From Planctomycetaceae bacterium (GTDB taxonomy: Bacteria > Planctomycetota > Planctomycetia > Pirellulales > PNKZ01): a stretch of 33,228 nt of DNA. The position numbers and the translations under genes are program-made. Shown piece by piece: positions 25,258-33,228 of the stretch (position 1 is the first letter of the stretch; every line of letters begins with the position of its first letter). The notes below the pieces were generated by a model. It had not been told where the DNA came from, did no database searches, and saw only the letters and a list, made by a program, of their open reading frames with translations. Location: positions 1 through 33,228 of the forward strand of contig JAEUIL010000605.1 in assembly GCA_016794255.1 (NCBI GenBank). Direction: 5' to 3'.

Positions 25258-27045
25258 ATGGGTCGCGATCGCGTTTTCTGGCCGTCGTTGCTCGCGCTGG
25301 CGTTGCTGGCGGGGGTACCGGTCTGCGCCGCGCCGCCTGTTCCGGCTCGCCCTGCCGATCTGGGGCAGCTTTTCGAGCAACTTGATAGCGACGAGTTCGA
25401 CCGCCGCGCCGACGCGCTCCAGCACCTGCAACTCCTGTGTGACGATCCCCAACAGTTGCCGCGCGTGGCGGAATGGGTGCAGCGGTTGCTCGTCAGTCCC
25501 GGCCTGTCGCCCGAGGTGCGGACGCAACTCGCCCCGCTGCTCAAAAAGCTCAACGGAACTTCCAAAGTCACGCCACCCCAAGAAGCCGACTGGATCGCGG
25601 CGATCGAAGCGCTCGACGCGGATGAGTTCGAGCGGCGAACGAATGCGGCCGCCAAGATCGAGTTGTGGCTGAAGCACGATCTGGCCGTGGGGCCGATCCT
25701 GACGCGGCTCAAGCAACGGCAAGCGGCCGAGGTCGACGCTCCGTCACGCGAGTCGCACGAACGCTTGACCAAGCTCGCCAATCTGGCGCGGGGCATGTGG
25801 CTGACTGCCGAAGCCGATCGCTGGCCGCTCAAACCGCTCGAAGGCGCGGACTTGAACCGCTGGCTGGACACGCTGACCCGTGAGCCTACGGCAGCGCCGC
25901 TCCCGCTGGAGTTGGCACGACAGGAATTGCTCGATCGGCTGGCGAATCCGCCCGATTTGGAACGCGTCGTCACCGCGCTCAAAGATCGCCTCGGGCAACC
26001 GAATCTCTCGGTCGATGCCCAAATGCGACTCGACGAGTTGCTGCAGTGGACCAAGCCGGCCATGGTCGCCGAGATCTGGAACGGCCCACGTCACCGCACG
26101 ATCCAGCATCTGTTGATCGGCGTTCCAGCCCAGGTCTCTGGCGCGCCGAACCCTACGCACTTTGACCAGATCGACGACCGCAAGGCCCATTGTGTGTCGG
26201 GCAACTCGCTCACGCTGGGCGATTGGCCGGTGGGCGTGTTCTTTCCGAGTCCTCGCACTCCGGCGTGGAGCACGCAGTTCTTTCTGTTCAATCTGCCGAC
26301 GCCCCGCGCTCGGCTGGCATACGAACGTTACGTCGAGCGGCCCGAACATGAACGGTTTCGTGATCTGACCCGGCGTAGCACGGCCCGGTGGCTTGCCGAT
26401 CGCACGGCATTAACCCCGGGCGAGATCGTGATGCTCGGCCAACTCGATCGGGCCGCGATCCTCGAGTTTGTCCCGCGATATCTGCGGACGGTCGACGACG
26501 CTTCGCTGGAAGTTGTCGCGGCTCTCCCCGAGGCGTTGCAGAGTCGGCATGGCTTGCTCTGCGTGACCCTGGCGACGTACGGTGACGCGGCCGTGGGCCG
26601 AGCGTTGAGCGATCCCAAACTGCAAGAACGGGTCGACTGTCCCGGCAAAATCTGGCCTCGCTTGGCGATGATCGCCATCGGTGGTCAGACCGAGTGGCCC
26701 GGGTTGGACGCGGCGCTGGCCGAGATCGTGGCCGACGACCGAGTCCCGGACGAATTGATCTCGCAACTCGACATCCGTGCCACTGCCGCCGCTCTGCTGT
26801 TGACCCGAGGTGGGCTCGCGCCGTCGGCGTTTGGCCTCGAGCCTGATAAGCTGCGCGAGCAAGACCTGCGGGATGTCTTGCAACAGGTCGCGATGTCCGA
26901 CGAGCTACGGTTTAAAGGCACGGTCATGCAATCCGGGCAAGCCACGTTCACCACTCCGATCTACAAGTTCACCGACGACGCCGATCGCCGCCGGGTTCAA
27001 ACTTGGTGGCAGTCGCGCGAGGCGGCGAAGTCGGCCCAGCCCTGA
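25258..27045 (+). CDS. Secreted helical (HEAT-like repeat) hypothetical protein
   Basis: GGAG RBS, signal peptide and the repeated motif LDSDEFDRRADA / LDADEFERRTNA. Confidence 0.8.
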   Translation: MGRDRVFWPSLLALALLAGVPVCAAPPVPARPADLGQLFEQLDSDEFDRRADALQHLQLLCDDPQQLPRVAEWVQRLLVSPGLSPEVRTQLAPLLKKLNGTSKVTPPQEADWIAAIEALDADEFERRTNAAAKIELWLKHDLAVGPILTRLKQRQAAEVDAPSRESHERLTKLANLARGMWLTAEADRWPLKPLEGADLNRWLDTLTREPTAAPLPLELARQELLDRLANPPDLERVVTALKDRLGQPNLSVDAQMRLDELLQWTKPAMVAEIWNGPRHRTIQHLLIGVPAQVSGAPNPTHFDQIDDRKAHCVSGNSLTLGDWPVGVFFPSPRTPAWSTQFFLFNLPTPRARLAYERYVERPEHERFRDLTRRSTARWLADRTALTPGEIVMLGQLDRAAILEFVPRYLRTVDDASLEVVAALPEALQSRHGLLCVTLATYGDAAVGRALSDPKLQERVDCPGKIWPRLAMIAIGGQTEWPGLDAALAEIVADDRVPDELISQLDIRATAAALLLTRGGLAPSAFGLEPDKLREQDLRDVLQQVAMSDELRFKGTVMQSGQATFTTPIYKFTDDADRRRVQTWWQSREAAKSAQP

Positions 27046-27371
27046 GCGGCAACCGGGCGGGCTCGCATAACTTCCGACAATTGATCATTCTCGACAAGCA
27101 ATTTCGTTGGCAGCGCCGTCGAGGCGGACTACAAAGAAGGCATCGGGCAATTTGCATGTAACAAAACCGAGCCGACCGACAACTCTAAGTTGGGTGGGAC
27201 TCACCCGAGTTCCCGGCGGCCGAGAAGGAGTGGCCCATCGTGGCCACAGTGTGTGATGTGACTTGGTTTGCGTCATTGCACGTTGCTATTCGCGGAGTGT
27301 TCGGTGCGTGCGGCTTGCTGCGGCGAGCAACTCGCGCGGAACACTGGCAGCCACTGTTGTCGCGATCAAAC

Positions 27372-28517
27372 GTGGTCTCACGCTTGATCGGGGCGAGTGT
27401 CGTGATACTTGGGCTCCTGGTCACTCTTGGCCGGGACGCCCAAGGGCAACATCTGCATCATGGGCATAGTCATTGGGGACACGGGCATTCCGGTCATCAT
27501 CACCATCATGCAAACGGCTCTTTTCATTTTTCGTATCGACCGTTTCTCAACTACTCAAGCGGCTACATTCCGTACAACTACGGCGTGCAGTCGATCTACG
27601 CGTACTCGCCGTACACAAGCTTCTCGGCGGGCGTGATCTCTCCGCAATACTACGGCGGCTTCCCGACTTATGGCGCGCCGGCGTTCGGTAGTTACTCGAC
27701 GGGCTTCGGCGGTGCGTATCCTTGGGGCTGGCCGATGTACTCGGGCGGCTATTATCCCGCACCCGTGTTTGTCCCCGCCGATGCGATCTTTGGCCCGGGT
27801 GCCGTGCGGCGTCAGATGGGCATCGATCCGCCGATCGCTCCCACGCCTGGGCTCAACGCTCCGGTGCTGCCACAGTTTCCTGCGTTGGCTGGCGCACAAC
27901 CGGCACCTGGTGTCGTGCCGCCGCTCGCGCCTCCGGCCAATCCGCCAGTACGTCCGGTGGTTAACGACCAGATGCGGGCCAGGGCTCAGGAGCACCTGAA
28001 TGCCGGCGATCAACATTTCCGTGGCGGACGGTACCACATCGCGCTACAGCGCTACAAGGATGCTACGACCACGATCCCCGACTTGGCCGAGGGTTTCATG
28101 CGACAAGGTTGGGCTCTCTTGGCCCTCAATCAGCACGATGTCGCAGCTCGGGCTATGCGGAAAGGTCTACAACTAAAGCCCGACTGGCACACGGGTGCGT
28201 TTCGGCTGCAAGACATTTATCCCGATGGCGTCGCCAAGGGGGCTCATCGTGATGCGCTCGAACGCGCCGCCCGGGATCGAGACACCGATCCGCAAATGTC
28301 GTTTCTTGCCGGGTTGTTTGCCTGGGCTGATCGCGACATGGATCGAGCTCGCGGCTGGCTGACGAAAGCCAAGCAACATGAGATCGGCGATGCGACGTAT
28401 ATCACCACGTTTTTGAACATTCTGCCGCAAGCCTTGCCGGCACCGGCGAACGCCAATCCCCCGGCGATCGCGCCGCCCGCGAATGCCGCTCCCGCGAACG
28501 CGCCTGCCAAGCCTTGA
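27372..28517 (+). CDS. Secreted low-complexity (His-, Tyr/Gly-, Pro-rich) protein with C-terminal TPR-like domain
   Basis: Signal peptide from GTG 27372 (start uncertain). TPR-like segment GDQHFRGGRYHIALQRYKDA...PDLAE...GWALLAL...A.AMRKGLQLKPD. Confidence 0.8.
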   Translation: MVSRLIGASVVILGLLVTLGRDAQGQHLHHGHSHWGHGHSGHHHHHANGSFHFSYRPFLNYSSGYIPYNYGVQSIYAYSPYTSFSAGVISPQYYGGFPTYGAPAFGSYSTGFGGAYPWGWPMYSGGYYPAPVFVPADAIFGPGAVRRQMGIDPPIAPTPGLNAPVLPQFPALAGAQPAPGVVPPLAPPANPPVRPVVNDQMRARAQEHLNAGDQHFRGGRYHIALQRYKDATTTIPDLAEGFMRQGWALLALNQHDVAARAMRKGLQLKPDWHTGAFRLQDIYPDGVAKGAHRDALERAARDRDTDPQMSFLAGLFAWADRDMDRARGWLTKAKQHEIGDATYITTFLNILPQALPAPANANPPAIAPPANAAPANAPAKP

Positions 28518-28551
28518 ACCCTAGTTCAACCGCTTGCCGAGTCACGTGTAC

Positions 28552-30027
28552 TTACGCCATCAGCTTCGGCACCAGATTGCCGTGGACATTCGTGAGGCGG
28601 AAGTCGAGGCCTTGGAAGCGGAAGTTGAGCCGCTTGTGATCGAGGCCCAGCAAGTGCAACAGTGTCGCGTGCAGATCGTGGACATGCACGCGATCCTCGA
28701 CGGCGTTGTAGCCGATCTCGTCGGTAGCGCCGAGCACTTGCCCCTTCTTGATCCCGCCGCCCGCGAACCACATCGAGAAACCATCGACGTGATGATCGCG
28801 ACCGACATAGTCACGCGGCTCGCCCATCGGCGTGCGCCCGAACTCGCCACCCCAGATCACGAGCGTATCTTCGAGCAGACCGCGATCGCGGAGGTCTTTC
28901 ACCAAAGCGGCCGCCGGTTGGTCGGTCTCTTTGCAGCGGGCATCGAGCGGCTCGCCCAGGTCGGTGCCTTTGTTACCGTGATGGTCCCAATCGGTGTGAT
29001 AAAGTTGCACGAATCGCACGCCGCGTTCGACCAGGCGTCGGGCCAAGAGACAGTTGTTCGCGAACGACACTTTGCCCGGCTCAGCACCGTACGCGTCGAT
29101 GGTCTGTTTCGTCTCGCCGGAGAGATCCATCAACTCCGGCGCACTCGACTGCATGCGATACGCCATCTCATAAGCGGCGATCCGCGTGGCGATCTCGGGG
29201 TCTTGAGTCGCGTCAAGACGCTGGCTGTTCAGATCGCGCACCGCACCGAAGAACTCACCTTGTTGCTGTTTGTTCACGCCGGCCGGGTTGCTGATGTTCA
29301 AGATCGGCTCGGGACCCGAGAGAAACGGCACCCCTTGATACAAGGTCGGCAGGAAGCCGCTGCCCCAGAGCCCGGTGCCGCCGCGCGGACCACGAGGGCC
29401 TGATTGCAAGACAACGAACCCGGGCAGGTCTTGCGATTCGCTGCCGATGCCATACGTCAACCACGCGCCGAACGCGGGCATGCCGAAGCGCGAGAAGCCG
29501 GTGTTCATGAACAGCTTGGCGGGCCCGTGATTGAACACGTCGGTCACCACGCTTCGGCAGATCGTAATGTCATCGACGATCGTCGACAGGTGCGGCAACA
29601 GCTCGCTAATCTCGGCACCCGATTGGCCCTGCTTCTTGAACTTGCGCGTGGTGCCGAGCAGCTTGGCGTCACCCTTGATGAAGGCGAAGCGTTTGTTCTT
29701 AGTGTACGACGGCGGAATCACTTGGCCGTGCAGTTCTTGCAGCTTCGGCTTGTAGTCGAACAGTTCCAACTGGCTCGGCCCGCCAGCCATGAACAAGCAG
29801 ATCACACGCTTCGCCTTGGCCGGAAAGTGCGTCGGCTTCGGTGCCAGCGGTGAGGCGAACGACGGCTTTGCGGCACCACTCGACTCGGCCGCGCCGAGGC
29901 CATCTTGCTGCATGAGCGACGCCAGGGCAATCGAACCGAGCGACAGACCGGTGTTCTGAAAAAAGTGCCGTCGGGTTTGCGTGAGCAACTCATTCGAGGC
30001 GTCTGGCGACCGCGCTGGCTCGTTCAT
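28552..30027 (-). CDS. DUF1501 family protein (sulfatase-like), Tat signal
   Basis: TRRHFF Tat motif, PAKAKRVICLFMAGGPSQLELFDYKP, RRLVERGVRFVQ, WDHH, WGGEFGRTP, GRDHH and HVHDLHATLLHLLG. Confidence 0.93.
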   Translation of the reverse strand: MNEPARSPDASNELLTQTRRHFFQNTGLSLGSIALASLMQQDGLGAAESSGAAKPSFASPLAPKPTHFPAKAKRVICLFMAGGPSQLELFDYKPKLQELHGQVIPPSYTKNKRFAFIKGDAKLLGTTRKFKKQGQSGAEISELLPHLSTIVDDITICRSVVTDVFNHGPAKLFMNTGFSRFGMPAFGAWLTYGIGSESQDLPGFVVLQSGPRGPRGGTGLWGSGFLPTLYQGVPFLSGPEPILNISNPAGVNKQQQGEFFGAVRDLNSQRLDATQDPEIATRIAAYEMAYRMQSSAPELMDLSGETKQTIDAYGAEPGKVSFANNCLLARRLVERGVRFVQLYHTDWDHHGNKGTDLGEPLDARCKETDQPAAALVKDLRDRGLLEDTLVIWGGEFGRTPMGEPRDYVGRDHHVDGFSMWFAGGGIKKGQVLGATDEIGYNAVEDRVHVHDLHATLLHLLGLDHKRLNFRFQGLDFRLTNVHGNLVPKLMA

Positions 30028-30148
30028 GTCAAAACTCCCGCTGGCGTAAGTCTTACTCTCTGATGATATCGTCGACAGGAACCGCGTTTCCAGTCGATTT
30101 AAGATTCCGTGCAGCTCAACGTGCCCCGCGGCACAGCGAGCGGCGCGG

Positions 30149-31504
30149 CTATTTGAGCAGTTTCTTCACGGCCGCGTCGAGTTCCTTGAGGCCGTCTTGC
30201 TGGTCGACATCATAGGTTCCCACGTGGAAATGGGCGATTTTGCCCGCCTGATCGACGACCACGAACAGCGGCAACTCGGCCCCGACCGTGCGTGGATCGC
30301 CCAACTTGCTGATCCACTCGCCACCATCGAGCAGCAGCGGATACGTGAGGTTCATGAACGACTTAAGCTTCCGCACACCGGTGATCGCGCCGCGACGCTG
30401 GTCCTCTTCCTTGAAGCGGCCATCGACGGCGACACCGTATACCTGCACGCCCGCGGCCTTGTGGCGAGCGTAGAGAAATTCGACATAGCCGACTTGACCG
30501 TAGGGCTCTTTCAGCGGCGCGTCACGGTAATCCCAGAAGTGCAGCACCGTGACTTTGTCTTTCAGTTGCGAAGCGTCGAGCGCATCGCCGCTGAGCGTGG
30601 GGACGGTTACGTTCACCATCGGTTTGCCGAGGTTGCGCTGTTTGAGTTCGGCCAAGGCGTCGGCGCGCGACGATTGCGAATCGAGATCGCTTGACGCGAC
30701 GCGCAGCAATCGCACGAGTGGCCCCGTGGTAATTTGCTTAGCCAAGCCGGGGATCGCTTGCTTCAACAGCTCGCGCTGCTCGGGTCGCCAGTCGGGCGAC
30801 TGCGTGCGGGCGGGACGTTTGAGTTGCTCGCGCAGATCGAGCAGCGCGGCGAAACCAGCCTCGGTCGCGGTGCGCTCGTCGTTGGACAATTGATTGCGAC
30901 TCGCCAGTCGCATCTGCAGTTGATATTCGGTCCCCTGGCCCATGAAGACGCGGTCTTCGGCGGCAATCACGAGCGGCGACTCGACATCGATCCACACCGT
31001 ACGGCGCGGCCCGTAGTTGTTCGCTCCTTCGATCCGCCACGTCTCTTGTTCGCCGAACTTGCGTTTCGCATCGACGGTGTAATTCATGTCGCCCTCGCTC
31101 CACGTTGCTCCGGCGACCAACGCCGGACCACCGGCCAAGAGCGGAGCATGGATCGGCACGACCGACTTGCCGAGCGCGTGATCCATGAGCACGGCCGGGC
31201 CCGCGGCACCGACCGGTTTGCGATCGGCGTTGAGCGAGAGTCGCCCGAATCGCTCGATCCACGGCCAAGCGCCCGCCCCTTGTTCGTCGACCAGCCAATC
31301 GAATTGCGATCCGCTGGCAGTCACTTCGCGGACGAGAAGCGTGAGTTCAAACTGCTTCGTCGGCGCTGGCGAGTCATCGCGATCGCGCTTTTGGACTGTC
31401 CCCTGATACACGAGCACCGCCCCGGGCTCGAGCCGCGTTTGGGCCCAGAGTGGCACGGGCGACAACACTAAAATCAGCGCGCAGCAGACGACGCGAGTGA
31501 GCAT
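30149..31504 (-). CDS. Secreted protein with C-terminal TlpA/redoxin-like domain lacking CxxC
   Basis: Signal peptide. LKDKVTVLHFWDYRD, VYGVAVD, LTYPLLLD and LPLFVVVDQAGKI. Confidence 0.8.
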   Translation of the reverse strand: MLTRVVCCALILVLSPVPLWAQTRLEPGAVLVYQGTVQKRDRDDSPAPTKQFELTLLVREVTASGSQFDWLVDEQGAGAWPWIERFGRLSLNADRKPVGAAGPAVLMDHALGKSVVPIHAPLLAGGPALVAGATWSEGDMNYTVDAKRKFGEQETWRIEGANNYGPRRTVWIDVESPLVIAAEDRVFMGQGTEYQLQMRLASRNQLSNDERTATEAGFAALLDLREQLKRPARTQSPDWRPEQRELLKQAIPGLAKQITTGPLVRLLRVASSDLDSQSSRADALAELKQRNLGKPMVNVTVPTLSGDALDASQLKDKVTVLHFWDYRDAPLKEPYGQVGYVEFLYARHKAAGVQVYGVAVDGRFKEEDQRRGAITGVRKLKSFMNLTYPLLLDGGEWISKLGDPRTVGAELPLFVVVDQAGKIAHFHVGTYDVDQQDGLKELDAAVKKLLK

Positions 31505-31549
31505 GGCGGGGCTCGCAAGAGGCAGGAAGGCAAAGGAGGGGAGACTCTT

Positions 31550-31578
31550 AATATAGTTGCCCGGAATCGGCCTGCGAA
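31550..31578 (-). promoter_or_regulatory. Candidate sigma70 promoter for the redoxin-like gene
   Basis: Minus strand TTCGCA-N17-TATATT. Confidence 0.35.
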
Positions 31579-31603
31579 GCGAGTTGCCCGACTACGGCCG
31601 ATT

Positions 31604-32677
31604 TTATTCCATGTTGCCGAACTGAGCCCGTTGCTCCTGACGATCAAATTCGACCAGTTTCTCGATCACGGGGTCGAGGTTTCCGGACAACACGTTGTCG
31701 AGCTTGTAGAGCGTCAGATTGATGCGATGGTCGGTGATGCGATTCTCGGGGAAATTGTAGGTGCGGATGCGTTGCGAGCGGTCGCCCGAGCCGACCAGCG
31801 TGCGACGCGTCTCGGCCCGTTTGGCGGCCTCAGCGGCTCGTTGAGCGTCGTAGAGTTTGCTCTTAAGCATCCGCAGCGCTCGAGCCTTGTTCTTGTGCTG
31901 ACTGCGCTCGTCTTGGCACTGGACCACGACGCCCGTCGCATAGTGCGTGAGCCGGACGGCCGACGCGGTCTTGTTGACGTGCTGACCGCCCGGACCGCTG
32001 GCGCAGAACAGGTCGAGCCGGTAATCATCGGGTTTCAGATCGATCTCGACATCCTCGGGCTCGGCCATCACGGCCACGGTGGCGGCCGAGGTGTGAATGC
32101 GCCCCTTGGCTTCGGTCTCGGGCACCCGCTGCACGCGATGCCCGCCGCTTTCATATTGCAACAGGCGATAACAACCCTCGCCGTCGATGCCCAGCGACAC
32201 CTCTTTGAACCCGCCGAGCTCGGTCGAATTCATGTCGAGCACTTCGGTCTTCCAACCCTTGGCCTCGGCGTAGTGCCGGTACATATCGAACAAATCGCGG
32301 GCAAATAGTGCTGCCTCGTCGCCGCCCGTGCCCGCGCGAATTTCCATGACGCAGTTGCTGCGATTGGCGTCGTCACCGCCGACGGTCAAGTCGACGAGTT
32401 CGTCCCATTGCGCCTCGCGCTGGGCCTTGAGCTCGGGCAGTTCAGCCTCGGCTAGCTCGCGCATGTCAGCGTCCGAGCCTTCGACCATCTGCAACGCTTC
32501 GGCGATCTGCGCGTTGAGATCCTTGAACCGCTTGTACTTCATCACCAACTTGGCGAGCGTGCCGCGCTCACGGGCCACGCTGGCGATGAGTTGACCGTTG
32601 GCCTGCACGGCCGGGTCGTTCATCATCTGCTCGAGTTCGTCGTAACGAGCGAGCTTTTTGTCGAGTTCATCACGCAT
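31604..32677 (-). CDS. prfA: Peptide chain release factor 1
   Basis: Motifs [25 protein letters not shown] (PxT, RF1-specific), [11 protein letters not shown] and RIRTYNFP. Confidence 0.97.
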   Translation of the reverse strand: MRDELDKKLARYDELEQMMNDPAVQANGQLIASVARERGTLAKLVMKYKRFKDLNAQIAEALQMVEGSDADMRELAEAELPELKAQREAQWDELVDLTVGGDDANRSNCVMEIRAGTGGDEAALFARDLFDMYRHYAEAKGWKTEVLDMNSTELGGFKEVSLGIDGEGCYRLLQYESGGHRVQRVPETEAKGRIHTSAATVAVMAEPEDVEIDLKPDDYRLDLFCASGPGGQHVNKTASAVRLTHYATGVVVQCQDERSQHKNKARALRMLKSKLYDAQRAAEAAKRAETRRTLVGSGDRSQRIRTYNFPENRITDHRINLTLYKLDNVLSGNLDPVIEKLVEFDRQEQRAQFGNME

Positions 32678-32942
32678 GTTGAGTGGCTCCTGTCGCTGGT
32701 GGAAAATAGCGACAATTCACGGTCGCGGGTCCATCGGAGAGACTTTTGGCCCAGGTTGGGAGCGGACAAAAGTCGTAAGTCACGATGCAACAGGCGACCC
32801 AATGGGCCAGAAGGTTCTGAGGCGAGTCTCAGAACCGGGCGACTGCCGGGAGCTGGAAATCCGCCTCACCTTCTGCGCCGAGGTGAGAGAAACGGATTTC
32901 GAATCGGCATGAAGGTGCGTGTCTGATACGGGGCGGTGGTCG

Positions 32943-33203
32943 CTACGAAGCTTCGCCGGCGGGCTCGGCGGTCTTGCCCTTCTTGCCAGCCTTGACGCTC
33001 GCGTATCCCGCGGCGAACTTATTCTTGAACTTCTCGATGCGGCCTGCGGTGTCGACGAACTTCAGCTTGCCCGTGAAGAACGGATGGCAAGCCGAGCAAA
33101 TATCGACCTTGATTTCGGGGACCGTCGAGCGGGTCTTGAACGTGTTGCCACAGCCACAGCGAGCGGCTGTTTCCATGTACTTGGGATGAATGTCTTTCTT
33201 CAT
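32943..33203 (-). CDS. rpmE: 50S ribosomal protein L31 (type A, Zn-binding)
   Basis: [23 protein letters not shown] and DTAGRIEKF. Confidence 0.97.
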   Translation of the reverse strand: MKKDIHPKYMETAARCGCGNTFKTRSTVPEIKVDICSACHPFFTGKLKFVDTAGRIEKFKNKFAAGYASVKAGKKGKTAEPAGEAS

Positions 33204-33228
33204 GATCGGCTAAATCCTGGCGTCCCAA

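Noticed and set aside
27157-27190. TGTAAC...CGAC/TCTA as an ECF-type promoter
   Set aside because: Spacing is ambiguous, and I found no convincing matching copy upstream of the sigma gene.
1-33228. tRNA, rRNA, transposase, integrase or prophage genes
   Set aside because: None recognised on either strand by manual reading.

Overview
This is a GC-rich, gene-dense chromosomal window, most likely from a planctomycete (inferred from a planctomycete cytochrome c/WD40 protein, DUF1501, mch and an ECF sigma/Ser-Thr kinase pair). In order it carries ettA (partial), pfkA, argC-argJ-K+ channel, a small orphan ORF, three secreted proteins (cytochrome c/WD40, serine hydrolase, sulfatase) and the H4MPT C1 genes mch plus a RimK-type ligase, divergent from a DtxR/MntR regulator. 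Next come an ECF sigma and its membrane Ser/Thr kinase split by an antisense RelE/ParE toxin-antitoxin module, a MoxR ATPase, a secreted double-CxxC protein and a modA(tandem)-modB-modC-moaD-moeB/hesA operon. The last part holds a TPR-GT41 (SPINDLY/OGT-like) glycosyltransferase, several secreted hypotheticals, DUF1501, a CxxC-less redoxin, prfA and rpmE. The most striking observation is that the TA module lies between two ungapped, largely synonymously diverged copies of the sigma-stop/kinase-start junction. The copies are 49 bp long, 36/49 identical and exactly 700 bp apart, and the insert appears to carry an outward promoter for the kinase. There is no transposase or integrase in the window. 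I also found a GTAG-type REP doublet, an octamer tandem repeat present at two sites and two highly structured intergenic regions. All calls come from manual motif reading; no database searches were run.
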